DNA of 64,000 nucleotides from Calditrichia bacterium (GTDB lineage Bacteria; Calditrichota; Calditrichia; JAJRVZ01): the NCBI GenBank assembly GCA_963777955.1, contig CAVZSQ010000018.1, positions 1 to 64,000 on the forward strand, written 5' to 3'. Below, piece by piece: positions 54,786 through 64,000 of the stretch. The position numbers were made by a program, and so were the translations under genes. The notes beneath the pieces are model-generated. The model was given only the letters and a program-made list of their open reading frames with translations, was not told the DNA's origin and made no database searches. Position 1 is the first letter of the stretch. Each line of letters opens with the position of its first letter.

Positions 54786-56681
54786 ATGTACAAATCCTCC
54801 TTCGGTTTTATTCTCGGTTGTGTCATTCTCTCCCTGGCTTATATGGTCCAGGATAATCCTCATGGTGAACAGTTTGATCTGGATTGCGATCTCTGTCATA
54901 ATCCGGAAAACTGGCAGGTGATTTTCTCGCGTATAAATTTTGATCATGCCCGTACTGATTTTCCATTGCATGGTGCTCACCGCCTGGTGAAATGCCGCAG
55001 TTGCCACGTTTCGCTGGTTTTTAATACCGCCGGTCAAAAATGTACAGATTGTCATAAGGATATTCATCAGGGGGAATTCGGTATCAGTTGCGAGGAATGC
55101 CATTCTTCACAGAGTTGGGAGAACCGCCAGGCCCTTTTTGCCAGGCACAGTCAGACCCGTTTCCCGCTGCTGGGAGTTCACGCTATGCTGGATTGTGAAA
55201 CCTGTCATCCCAAATTCCTGCGATCCCAGTTTACCCTGACTGCCTTGGAATGCCAGGGTTGTCATGCGCAGACCTATCAGCAGACAAATACTCCCAATCA
55301 TGCCCGGGCCGGTTTTGGTCTGACCTGTGAAAATTGCCATTCAGCGGCTGCCTGGAGCTGGCAGAATGCAGTCTATGATCATTCACCATTGTTTCCATTG
55401 ACAGGCGGTCACTCCGGACCAGGCTGCAATGATTGCCACCAGTCACAATTCAGCGGTACTTCACCCCTTTGTTTTTCCTGTCATCAGGCTGATTACAACG
55501 GGGCCATGGATCCTAATCATATTCAAAACAATTTTGATCATGATTGCGCAATCTGCCACAGTATCATCGCCTGGGATCCGGCGACCTTTGATCATAACCT
55601 CAGTAATTTTCCATTGACCGGTGCCCATACTGCTTTAAACTGTACGCAGTGTCATACCTCCGGCTATGTGAATACACCGGCTGATTGTTATAGTTGTCAT
55701 CAAACGGATTATACCGGAGCTGCCGATCCTGTTCATCAGGTCAATAATTTCAGTCATGATTGCTCATCCTGCCATAATACCGCTGCCTGGCAGCCGGCAT
55801 ATTTTAATCATGCCAATACCAGTTTCCCGCTCAGTGGAGCGCATGTTGCTTTGAATTGCACACAATGTCACAGCACCGGTTACACCAATACTCCGGCAGA
55901 ATGTTTTGCCTGCCACGCATCTGATTTTAACAGCGCCAGCGATCCAAATCATGTCAGTAATAACTTCGATCATAACTGCATCCAATGTCATAATACTGCC
56001 GGCTGGCAGCCATCAATTTTTAATCACAGCCTGACCGCTTTTCCGTTGACCGGTGCGCACCTTTCCCTGACCTGTATCCAGTGTCATGCCGGCGGTTATG
56101 TCTCCACGCCGCAAACCTGTTTTGCCTGCCACGAGTCTGATTTTAGCGGTGTCAGCGATCCGAATCATGTCAGTAATAATTTTAATCATGACTGTACCCA
56201 ATGTCATACCACCACAGCGTGGCAACCGGCCTCCTTCGATCATACTTCAACCGGTTTTACACTCAGCGGTGCTCATGTGGGATTGACCTGTATTCAATGT
56301 CATAGTACCGGTTATAGCAATACTTCTGCTGAATGTTTAAACTGTCACCAGCAGAACTATGATCAGACCAGCAATCCCAATCATCTGGCGGCTCATTTTC
56401 CGCTGCAATGCAATTCATGTCATAACACCACTGCCTGGCAACCGGCGAACTGGAATCATGATGGTCAATATTTTCCGATCTACTCCGGTGCCCACCAGGA
56501 TCAATGGAGCAGTTGTACCACCTGCCACACCAATCCGAACGATTACGCAATATTTTCATGTATAACCTGTCACGAGCATAATCAAACCGATATGAATGAT
56601 AAACATAGCGAAGTTTTGAACTATGCCTATGACAGTAACCTGTGTTACTCCTGTCATCCCACAGGTCAAGGGGGGGATTGA
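54786..56681 (+). CDS. Multiheme c-type cytochrome, 25 CxxCH motifs, with tandem tri-heme modules
   Basis: 25 CxxCH counted by hand; N-terminal hydrophobic signal; 72-aa repeats. Confidence 0.92.
   Translation: MYKSSFGFILGCVILSLAYMVQDNPHGEQFDLDCDLCHNPENWQVIFSRINFDHARTDFPLHGAHRLVKCRSCHVSLVFNTAGQKCTDCHKDIHQGEFGISCEECHSSQSWENRQALFARHSQTRFPLLGVHAMLDCETCHPKFLRSQFTLTALECQGCHAQTYQQTNTPNHARAGFGLTCENCHSAAAWSWQNAVYDHSPLFPLTGGHSGPGCNDCHQSQFSGTSPLCFSCHQADYNGAMDPNHIQNNFDHDCAICHSIIAWDPATFDHNLSNFPLTGAHTALNCTQCHTSGYVNTPADCYSCHQTDYTGAADPVHQVNNFSHDCSSCHNTAAWQPAYFNHANTSFPLSGAHVALNCTQCHSTGYTNTPAECFACHASDFNSASDPNHVSNNFDHNCIQCHNTAGWQPSIFNHSLTAFPLTGAHLSLTCIQCHAGGYVSTPQTCFACHESDFSGVSDPNHVSNNFNHDCTQCHTTTAWQPASFDHTSTGFTLSGAHVGLTCIQCHSTGYSNTSAECLNCHQQNYDQTSNPNHLAAHFPLQCNSCHNTTAWQPANWNHDGQYFPIYSGAHQDQWSSCTTCHTNPNDYAIFSCITCHEHNQTDMNDKHSEVLNYAYDSNLCYSCHPTGQGGD
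55374..56450 (+). repeat. Intragenic tandem repeat, about 5 x 216 nt (tri-heme module)
   Basis: F[DN]H units start at 55587, 55803, 56019, 56235 and 56451 (216-nt period); a 213-nt unit starts at 55374. Confidence 0.85.
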
Positions 56682-56697
56682 GGAAGAAGGCACATAG

Positions 56698-56946
56698 TTA
56701 GGCAATTAGGCACTTAGGCACTGAGGCACCAAGTGGCCCCTTGAATACGCTTGGAAAACGATTGACCGGTCGTCGAACGGCTTGTGCTGAGCGAAGTCGA
56801 AGCAAGTCGAGACGATCCCTGATGTGTCATCCCGGGCTTGACCCGGGATCCGTTATATCATCAGGTTCAGAGTATTGATGCCGGAGGCATCACAGGTTTA
56901 TAACAACGATACTCCATCCCTTATGCTGAACGATCCCGCAGGGATC
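56698..56946. repeat. Stack of short repeats and REP-like palindromes
   Basis: (TTAGGCAm)x~4; GTGCTGAGCGAAGTCGAAGCA nested in GGTCGTCGA...AGTCGAGACG; TGTCATCCCGGGCTTGACCCGGGATCC; GATGCCGGAGGCATC; GATCCCGCAGGGATC. Confidence 0.7.
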
Positions 56947-57047
56947 GAACACAAACTAATGTAAATTTAGCACGAATATGGATTATTAAATTAAGGTTCA
57001 TTGTTCTAGATCTAAGAGAATTTATCACGGATAAAGAGATTGTTAGA

Positions 57048-58712
57048 ATGTATTTTCAAGACGGAACAATTAAATTGCACTTAAAGTCAAATAGAACGAT
57101 TGCAGCACAGGTTGTTCTGGCAGTGGTAGTTTATAGTATTTTATTATGGACTGCCCCTGCCGCAGCTCAGGAAAAGGAACGGATTATATCTGTAACCTAT
57201 ATCTCGTCCGAGAACATATATCTGGATGGAGGCAGAGCTGCCGGAATAAATGTCGGCGACACGCTGGCTTTATGGCGCGACCGGCAAAAAATTGCAGAAA
57301 TTCAGGTGATTTATACGGCTGAGCAGACTGCTGCAGCGAAGTTATTAACAAGTATTAAAAATCCACAGACCGGCGATCAGGCGGAACTGAGAAAATCTCC
57401 GGTCAGATCGGCCGGGGTTCAGGCGCCGGCACCAATCACGCAGGCAGGTGCCCCATCGACCCTGACAGCGGAAGCGTCCCCGAAACCGGCAGTACGGATT
57501 TCCGGCAGCGTTGGCCTGCAATGGTATCAGTTCCGGGATCAATCAACCTATAAACATGACTTCAGCCAGCCGTCCCTGCGTTTTAATTTCAAAGCTCAAA
57601 ACTTATGGAATCGTGCCTATAGTTTACGAATACGCTTGCGTTCTAATTATAATCGACGAACGCAGAATTATAGCAGCGTTCCCGGCCAGCGGGAATGGCG
57701 TAATCGTATTTATGAAATAGCATTTTCCTATGAGAATCCGCAGGCACCTGTTAATTTTCGGGCTGGCCGCATTATTTCAAACACGTTCAGTGGTGTCGGT
57801 TATATTGACGGAGCATTGCTGCAGTATAATTTTGCCGGTTTTTATCATTTGGGAATTTTTGCCGGCAGCCAACCACAGTGGCAATATTCGGATTTTCAAA
57901 CGGTCAGACAAAAATATGGTCTGTATACAAATTACCGGAAAGGAGAATCCGCTGCCGGCTCACGGCTGGAGGCGACGCTGGCTCTGGTGGGAGAATATCA
58001 TTACCGCACCATCAGCCGCGAGTATGTCTATCTGCAATCCAGTTACGCCAGTGGCCAGCATTTTTCCATTTATCAGAATGCCGAGATCGAGGTTAACCGT
58101 TACTGGCGCCAGGAGAAGACGGGACGGAAAATTAATCTGAGCAGTTTATTACTCTCCGCCAATCTCAACATTACCGGATATCTGTCGGCCGGTTTAAGTT
58201 ATGACCATTATCAGAATTATTATACCTATGAACAGCGCAGTGTGGCGGATAGCCTCTTTGACAGTGCTGCCCGGCAGGGTTTACGGTCAACAGTATATTG
58301 GCGAATTATACCCAATCTGCGTTTTACGGCGAGTGCCGGTTTCCGCCTGAGAGAGAATGATTCCGGTTCGACATACTCCTGGTCAGGACAACTTATCCGT
58401 TCCAACCTGGTGCTCAGGGGTTTAATGATATCTGCCCGCCTGGCCGGTTATTCAAATCTCTATACCCGTGGTTATAATCCCTCGCTGCAGATCGGACAGA
58501 ATTTTAACCGTGGACATGCGGTTAATGTAGAATATGGACATTATTTTTACATGCTGGATCTCAATGATACTCACCATACCAATCACTGGATCCGTTCCAC
58601 GCTGCAATTTGTATTACCATGGCATTTATATCTTTATAGCCAGTATGAATATGACTGGGGTGACGACCGGCAGGGTCAGATTCTCTCAGCCGAATTGGGA
58701 TATCACTTTTAG
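57048..58712 (+). CDS. Large outer-membrane beta-barrel protein with small N-terminal beta domain
   Basis: Signal peptide ending AAA-Q; YLD.G...GI.VGD domain; Pro/Ala linker; about 400 aa of amphipathic strands ending ELGYHF. Confidence 0.75.
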   Translation: MYFQDGTIKLHLKSNRTIAAQVVLAVVVYSILLWTAPAAAQEKERIISVTYISSENIYLDGGRAAGINVGDTLALWRDRQKIAEIQVIYTAEQTAAAKLLTSIKNPQTGDQAELRKSPVRSAGVQAPAPITQAGAPSTLTAEASPKPAVRISGSVGLQWYQFRDQSTYKHDFSQPSLRFNFKAQNLWNRAYSLRIRLRSNYNRRTQNYSSVPGQREWRNRIYEIAFSYENPQAPVNFRAGRIISNTFSGVGYIDGALLQYNFAGFYHLGIFAGSQPQWQYSDFQTVRQKYGLYTNYRKGESAAGSRLEATLALVGEYHYRTISREYVYLQSSYASGQHFSIYQNAEIEVNRYWRQEKTGRKINLSSLLLSANLNITGYLSAGLSYDHYQNYYTYEQRSVADSLFDSAARQGLRSTVYWRIIPNLRFTASAGFRLRENDSGSTYSWSGQLIRSNLVLRGLMISARLAGYSNLYTRGYNPSLQIGQNFNRGHAVNVEYGHYFYMLDLNDTHHTNHWIRSTLQFVLPWHLYLYSQYEYDWGDDRQGQILSAELGYHF

Positions 58713-58728
58713 AAAACGTGGTTGTCTA

Positions 58729-60030
58729 GTGGAATCACAAATAATCTGGTTGGCCACATTACTGCTGTTTTCGCTGCTGGTGATACCGTATTTCCTGAAA
58801 TTTCGCCGGCAGCAGAAACAGGGTGCTGCTCAGCAAGCCGAATCTATACGACTGGGTGCAGACCGGCCGGTAGCCCAATATCCGCAGATCGATCAATTAC
58901 GCTGCATTGGCTGCGGAGCCTGTGTCGCCGCCTGTCCGGAGGGCGGGGTTTTGGGTGTGGTCAATGGCAAGGCTACGATCATCAATGGACTTAAATGTGT
59001 GGGACATGGTCTGTGCGCCGAAGCCTGTCCGGTGGAAGGGATCCGCATAGGTCTTGGCGACATCAGGCAGCGGGATGACATACCGGCCATGAATGAATAC
59101 AATGAAACCAATATTTCAGGGATATACATTGCCGGAGAACTTGGCGGGCTTGCTCTGATCCGTAATGCCATCAGCCAGGGGCGCCAGGTGGTCGAGGCAA
59201 TCACGGCGCAGGCGCTGGGGAAAAATGGTAATGGTGGAAAATCAGAAACTGATATTATAATTGTAGGTGCAGGTCCGGCCGGACTAAGTGCTACCTTAAC
59301 CGCGATCAAAAATAACTTATCCTACCTGCTCATCGATCAGCAAAATATCGGTGGAACGATCTTACAATATCCTCGAAAAAAATTAATTATGACCCGTCCG
59401 GTGGAAATACCTCTGTACGGTTGGCTGAATCATCCGGAGTACAGCAAGGAAGAGTTGTTGGATGTATGGCAGGAGGTTCAAAAAAAATTTCAGATTCAGG
59501 TCAGGAGCGGAGAAAAATTAGAGCAGATATTTAAAGAAAACGGACATTTTCAGGTTCAGACTACAAAAGGAACTTACCAGGGGCGCTATATTGTCCTGGC
59601 CCTTGGACGCAGGGGTACTCCAAGAAAACTAAATGTGCCGGGTGAGGATCAGGCCAAAGTAATGTATAAATTAATGGATGCCGGTACCTATCAGAATGAA
59701 CATCTGCTGGTAGTAGGCGGAGGGGACAGTGCAATTGAAGCGGCAGTCGGCCTGGCCCGGCAAACAGGGAATACGGTTACTATCTCCTACCGTAAAGATA
59801 AATTCTTCCGGATCAAACGGCGCAATGAAGAGCATCTTGCTGAAATGATACAGAATGGAAAGATACATGTTCTGCTTAATTCCAGTGTTCTGGCTATTAA
59901 CAAAGATTCAGTTAGAATACAGCAGACGGGGATGGATAAGGAGATACCCAATAATTATGTATTTATTTTTGCCGGTGGCGAACCGCCGTTTGAATTATTA
60001 AAAAAGATTGGAATCCGTTTTGGCGAATAA
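58729..60030 (+). CDS. Membrane-anchored 2x[Fe-S] ferredoxin plus FAD/NAD(P)H oxidoreductase (TrxR/YpdA-like fold, permuted)
   Basis: Likely GTG start 58729; N-terminal TM; CIGCGACVAACP and CVGHGLCAEACP; GAGPAG; GGGDSA; SYRK. Confidence 0.85.
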   Translation: MESQIIWLATLLLFSLLVIPYFLKFRRQQKQGAAQQAESIRLGADRPVAQYPQIDQLRCIGCGACVAACPEGGVLGVVNGKATIINGLKCVGHGLCAEACPVEGIRIGLGDIRQRDDIPAMNEYNETNISGIYIAGELGGLALIRNAISQGRQVVEAITAQALGKNGNGGKSETDIIIVGAGPAGLSATLTAIKNNLSYLLIDQQNIGGTILQYPRKKLIMTRPVEIPLYGWLNHPEYSKEELLDVWQEVQKKFQIQVRSGEKLEQIFKENGHFQVQTTKGTYQGRYIVLALGRRGTPRKLNVPGEDQAKVMYKLMDAGTYQNEHLLVVGGGDSAIEAAVGLARQTGNTVTISYRKDKFFRIKRRNEEHLAEMIQNGKIHVLLNSSVLAINKDSVRIQQTGMDKEIPNNYVFIFAGGEPPFELLKKIGIRFGE

Positions 60031-60150
60031 ATCTTCAAATTCTCGAATTCTTAATAATAAATTCACTTTTAACTCCATTAGTCGTACGGCTAATATTCTG
60101 GATATCCTTATTCTTCAAACCATCTATTTATTATACAGCCGCTTGACTTT

Positions 60151-60753
60151 TTACAGGGTGTAGGCCACTTCCATCGAAAATGGTAATAAGTAATATGATT
60201 TGGATAATACTAAGTAACTTTCCAGAAGCAGATCGAGATGAGTCGTTAGTCTAAACTTAAAACCAAGCCCCAGGTTTATCAGTAATTCCGAAGTGGATTG
60301 TCCTTGCGGAGCAACATCTTCCATTGCATCGCTGAGAGATGGATCATATTCAAGATCAGCCCAGTTCATAAAATGAATTCCTGGACCAATTAAAAAATAC
60401 GGGCTGAATTTTCCATCGATTATGAAAGTTTTAAGCTGTATAGATAGATCGTAAAGGTGAGAATTTCTTGGTTTGTAGTATTTGCTTGACCAGGTATCCC
60501 GCTTGAATTTGAAATCGTTGTAACTGAAATTTATACTGACAGCCGAGTTGTGCTGGTTTCGGATACTAAATCCAAGATTCAATCCGAGTGCATGTGAATA
60601 AAATGAACTTAACAAATCGGGATATTGATCGACCAGAATCACATTGTACTGAGGCCCGCATTCAACAGAATAGGACAACTGAGACCGGGCAGGGCTTGGC
60701 AAGAAGAATGAAAAAAAGAGAACACATTCAAGGATCTTTAAAGATTTACACAT
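60151..60753 (-). CDS. Outer-membrane beta-barrel protein (8-strand type)
   Basis: GGAGG RBS; signal peptide; PYFLIG.G and NLGLGFKF strands; terminal VAYTL. Confidence 0.65.
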   Translation of the reverse strand: MCKSLKILECVLFFSFFLPSPARSQLSYSVECGPQYNVILVDQYPDLLSSFYSHALGLNLGFSIRNQHNSAVSINFSYNDFKFKRDTWSSKYYKPRNSHLYDLSIQLKTFIIDGKFSPYFLIGPGIHFMNWADLEYDPSLSDAMEDVAPQGQSTSELLINLGLGFKFRLTTHLDLLLESYLVLSKSYYLLPFSMEVAYTL

Positions 60754-60974
60754 AATTAATGATCCTCCCTAGAGAGACATCTTTAAACTATGAACGGAAA
60801 ATTTTTCTCAACTTCTGGATTTCTATTTATAATGTAATTTTACGGCCAGGTAAAATCAAGAAAAAAGATAGTATGAATAGCGATAGTCCGCCTGACTGAA
60901 TAATTTGTAAAATCATTGCTTTAAACATGGCTTTGTCTGTAATTTTCAGAATCAATTTCAGCGAGGATAATAAA

Positions 60975-61406
60975 ATGATCCGAACAACCGGCAAGACGAT
61001 TTTTAAAATCCTGATAACTGTTAGCACTTTTCTAATGGTTATTCTGCTAAACAATTGCCACCCGCTCAAACCATTCAGCGATGTCGAAACTGCCGATGCC
61101 GCCAAACTCATTCAAGCCAGGCAGAATTCTGCGGATTTTGTACTTCTGGATGTGCGCACGCCCGAGGAATTTGCCAGCGGATTTATATCCGGCGCGGTAA
61201 ATATTGATTTCAAGTCTCCCGAATTCAACGGCAAACTGGATGAGCTGGATAAAACCAAAACCTATCTGGTTTATTGCCGGTCCGGCGGCCGCAGCGCCAA
61301 AGCCATGACGATGATGAAGGAAAAAGGCTTTAAGCGGGTTTATAACCTGCGCGGGGGTATCATCGAGTGGAATAATGCGCAAAAGCAGCCTGTGCCAGGC
61401 CAGTAA
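60975..61406 (+). CDS. Rhodanese-like domain lipoprotein
   Basis: LDVRTPEEF..G.I.GA.NID, YCRSGGRS, NL.GG...W; lipobox-like LNNC. Confidence 0.88.
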   Translation: MIRTTGKTIFKILITVSTFLMVILLNNCHPLKPFSDVETADAAKLIQARQNSADFVLLDVRTPEEFASGFISGAVNIDFKSPEFNGKLDELDKTKTYLVYCRSGGRSAKAMTMMKEKGFKRVYNLRGGIIEWNNAQKQPVPGQ

Positions 61407-61643
61407 GAATGAATTTATTCTTTTTACTGGTAATATTTGCGATTTATCTAATCATTGTCTATGTTACTATGTGATTAACCCGGCTAACGGCCAAATTGAA
61501 AAGACAAGTTGAACTATATAATCTTAATTATAAGAAAATATAGTACTGAATAACCAGAATATTGGGTAATTATTACTGGGGACATCTCCGCAGATTCCCA
61601 GTTTTCTTTAAATTTAGTCAAATAAAAAAGAAAGGGGTTTAGT

Positions 61644-62078
61644 ATGGGTTTATTCGATTTTATTAAAGGCGTTGGGAAAGACATTTTTGGGGGTAAGGAT
61701 GAAGCGACCCAGATCCAGGAATTGATTACTACCGAGCTGGGTGATAAGGTCAAAAATTTGAAGGTTGAATTTGCAGACGGGATCGTTAAGCTATTCGGCA
61801 CCTGTGATTCAGCTGAAGTAAAGGAAAAAGCAATTCTGTTAGCCGGAAATCTGAAAGGGGTTTCCAAGGTGGATGATACCTATTTCTCGGCACCTGCTGC
61901 TGTGGAAGCGTTCCAGTTCTATACAATTCAAAAGGGAGATACTTTATCGAAAATCGCCAAGAAATATTACGGTGATGCTATGAAGTATCCGGTGCTGTTT
62001 GAAGCCAACCGTGAAGTGATCAAGAATGCCGATTTGATCTATCCCGGCCAGGTAGTGCGTGTTCCTAAAGTTAAATAG
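61644..62078 (+). CDS. lysM: BON-LysM protein (YgaU/Kbp family)
   Basis: MGLFDFIK.VG, EKA.L.AGN..GV..V, YT..KGDTLSKIAK.YYG, IYPGQ. Confidence 0.88.
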   Translation: MGLFDFIKGVGKDIFGGKDEATQIQELITTELGDKVKNLKVEFADGIVKLFGTCDSAEVKEKAILLAGNLKGVSKVDDTYFSAPAAVEAFQFYTIQKGDTLSKIAKKYYGDAMKYPVLFEANREVIKNADLIYPGQVVRVPKVK

Positions 62079-62092
62079 AAAGAGGAGTAGTT

Positions 62093-62671
62093 ATGAGTGG
62101 ATTTGTCGATGAATTTATGAAATCCATGGGCGGTGATGTGGCCAGTCAGGCTGCTTCATCTCTGGGGATCAATCAAAAAACCGTTCAACAAATGATCCCG
62201 GCCCTGGTACCCATGATCCTGGGTGGACTGCGTCGCCAGAAGGATGAACAGGGGGGAGCAGCGCGCGTCGATCATATCTTAAATAAGTATGGTAAGTCTG
62301 ACGTCCTGAATGATATCGGCGGGCTTTTTGCCTCCAAAGTCACGCAGAGTAATCCGGATCCCAATCTGGGTGGATTATTGGGCAACTCGGGGTCACAGGC
62401 AGTTGACATGCTGGCAAATAATTTCAAACTGGATCCGAGTGTGATCACCAAGTTTATACCCATGCTGGCTCCGCTCGTTTTAGGTTATCTTACCAAAAAA
62501 CGGGACAGCGGAATGGGCAGTTCAGGAATCACTTCGATACTGGATAGTGACGGAGATGGTAGTATTCTGGATGACGTGGCCGGATTCCTGACCCAGAATC
62601 TGGGCTCGTCAAAAGGCGGTGGGCTGCTGGGTGGACTATTAGGTGGTCTATTCGGCAAGAAAAATCCGTAA
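62093..62671 (+). CDS. DUF937 family protein
   Basis: P..LG.L, LAPLVLG.L, LD.DGDGSILDD, GG.LGGL.GG.FG. Confidence 0.8.
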   Translation: MSGFVDEFMKSMGGDVASQAASSLGINQKTVQQMIPALVPMILGGLRRQKDEQGGAARVDHILNKYGKSDVLNDIGGLFASKVTQSNPDPNLGGLLGNSGSQAVDMLANNFKLDPSVITKFIPMLAPLVLGYLTKKRDSGMGSSGITSILDSDGDGSILDDVAGFLTQNLGSSKGGGLLGGLLGGLFGKKNP

Positions 62672-62694
62672 AAATTTACCCGGAATTGCGATAT

Positions 62695-62732
62695 AAAAAA
62701 AGCCCGGCAGGCAGTAACTACCGGGCTTTTTT
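62695..62732. terminator. Bidirectional intrinsic terminator
   Basis: A7-GCCCGG...CCGGGC-T6 between convergent genes. Confidence 0.85.
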
Positions 62733-62753
62733 AATCCGCTGTTATGCTATTTT

Positions 62754-64000
62754 CTATTCATTGCCGTCCGTGGTAACCTGAGTTTCTTCGAGTTCATCAG
62801 TGACCTTGGCTGCAAAAGTTTGGCGGATAACGCAAACCTTTATCTGGCCCGGGTATTCCATCTCATCTTTGATTTTTCTGGCAATATCGGCAGAGAGAAT
62901 TTCCACCTGTTTATCATCGATCTTTTCAGGTTCGACAATAACCCTGATTTCACGACCGGCGGAGATGGCATAAGTTTTAGAGACTCCGGTAAATGAATTG
63001 GCCAGATCCTCCAGAGCGGTGATGCGTTTGGTATAAGCTTCCAGCGTATCCCTGCGCGCACCAGGCCGGCTGCCGCTGATCTTATCGGCAGCAGTTACCA
63101 GAACCGAGATGGGTGAAATCGGTTCTGCTTCTTCATGATGCGCCAGGATGGAATTGATTACCACCTCATGTTCATTATGTTTTTTACATAATTCCACACC
63201 TAACTGTACGTGGCTGCCCTCTGTGTTCTGACTAAGGGCCTTGCCGATATCATGAAATAATCCTGCCCGCCGGGCCAATTTAACATTGAAGCCCAACTCG
63301 GCAGCCATGGAACCGGTCAGCATGGCAACTTCAATCGAATGTTGCAGCATATTCTGTCCATAACTGTAGCGGTATTTCAGGCGGCCCAGACATTCCCGTA
63401 TCTGCGGATGCACACCGCGGACGTTCAATTCTTCCAGGGCGGCATCGGCCGCTTTGAGGATCGATTTTTCAACCTCTTTGGTTGCCCGATTTATGAATTG
63501 TTCGATCAGACCCGGATTAATATTCTTTGATTTAATCAGGTTTTCCATAGCCAGTCGTGCTATTTCACGTTTTACCGGATCAAAAGCAGAAAGAACGATC
63601 AATTCCGGTGTATCGTCAACAATTACTTTAACGCCGGCTAATTCTTCGAAGGCGCGAATGTTGCGTCCTTCGCGTCCAATGATCATCCCCTTGAATTTTT
63701 CATTGGGTAACTCGACGGTTGATAGAGTTGATTCCATGGTAAATTCATAAGCCAGACTTTCAATCGCCGTGGAAATTATTTCTTTGGCCTCACGCTGGGC
63801 AGTCATCCTGGCTTCATCTTTAATCTCCTTGGCCAGCTGGGCTGCCTCCAGTTTAACCCGGTTCTCTAAATTTTTCATCAATTCTTTTTTTGCTTCTTCG
63901 CTGGGCAGACCGGCAATAACTTCTAATTTTTTATTTTGTTCTTCCAGTGTTTCATCCAGCCGTTTGTGCTTATCATATAACGCTTCTTCACGCTGAGATA
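62754..64000 (-). CDS. rny: Ribonuclease Y, 5' partial
   Basis: KH motif KG.IIGREGRNIR, SYGQN...HS, HDIGK, AAD.IS..RPGAR, YPGQIKV; frame open to the window edge. Confidence 0.96.
   Translation of the reverse strand, partial: SQREEALYDKHKRLDETLEEQNKKLEVIAGLPSEEAKKELMKNLENRVKLEAAQLAKEIKDEARMTAQREAKEIISTAIESLAYEFTMESTLSTVELPNEKFKGMIIGREGRNIRAFEELAGVKVIVDDTPELIVLSAFDPVKREIARLAMENLIKSKNINPGLIEQFINRATKEVEKSILKAADAALEELNVRGVHPQIRECLGRLKYRYSYGQNMLQHSIEVAMLTGSMAAELGFNVKLARRAGLFHDIGKALSQNTEGSHVQLGVELCKKHNEHEVVINSILAHHEEAEPISPISVLVTAADKISGSRPGARRDTLEAYTKRITALEDLANSFTGVSKTYAISAGREIRVIVEPEKIDDKQVEILSADIARKIKDEMEYPGQIKVCVIRQTFAAKVTDELEETQVTTDGNE

Noticed and set aside
55374..56450. CRISPR-like periodicity
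   Set aside because: It is a coding 216-nt repeat with no repeat-spacer structure, and no cas genes are in the window.
58534..58728. N-terminal extension of the flavoprotein ORF
   Set aside because: It overlaps the barrel gene by about 180 nt; GTG 58729 followed by a TM helix is more plausible.

Overview
Bacterial chromosomal window. The QNYPNPFN-type C-terminal sorting domains, outer-membrane barrels and gene content suggest an FCB-group anaerobe such as Calditrichota or KSB1 (inference only). (1) 1-17 kb: a patchwork of co-oriented accessory genes of uneven GC (GH5, GH31, VOC, DUF4386, M23, SnoaL, DODA dioxygenase, tocopherol-cyclase-like plus MenA-like, hypotheticals), separated by decayed integron attC-like sites and a dispersed REP-like hairpin family. 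(2) 17-21.6 kb: porin plus potABCD polyamine transporter. (3) 25.9-31.8 kb: a LysW-carrier alpha-aminoadipate lysine operon (lysW-hcs-lysX-lysY-[Ntn hydrolase]-lysZ-lysJ). It lacks lysK but has a translationally coupled class II glutamine-amidotransferase-fold hydrolase, the best candidate here for an undescribed enzyme (non-orthologous LysK replacement). (4) SAM-I riboswitch-metY-metX-aspartokinase. (5) ilvDBNC-leuBACD-cimA with an unannotated Leu/Ile/Val-rich leader peptide. (6) 50-60 kb: a His-rich membrane protein, 20- and 25-heme cytochromes, a beta-barrel and a membrane-anchored, circularly permuted Fe-S/FAD NADPH oxidoreductase, a candidate cytoplasm-to-surface electron conduit. (7) rhodanese, BON-LysM, DUF937 and a partial rny. 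About 15 single-base indels break otherwise intact genes and look like sequencing or assembly errors. All family calls come from motif recognition by eye; no searches were run.
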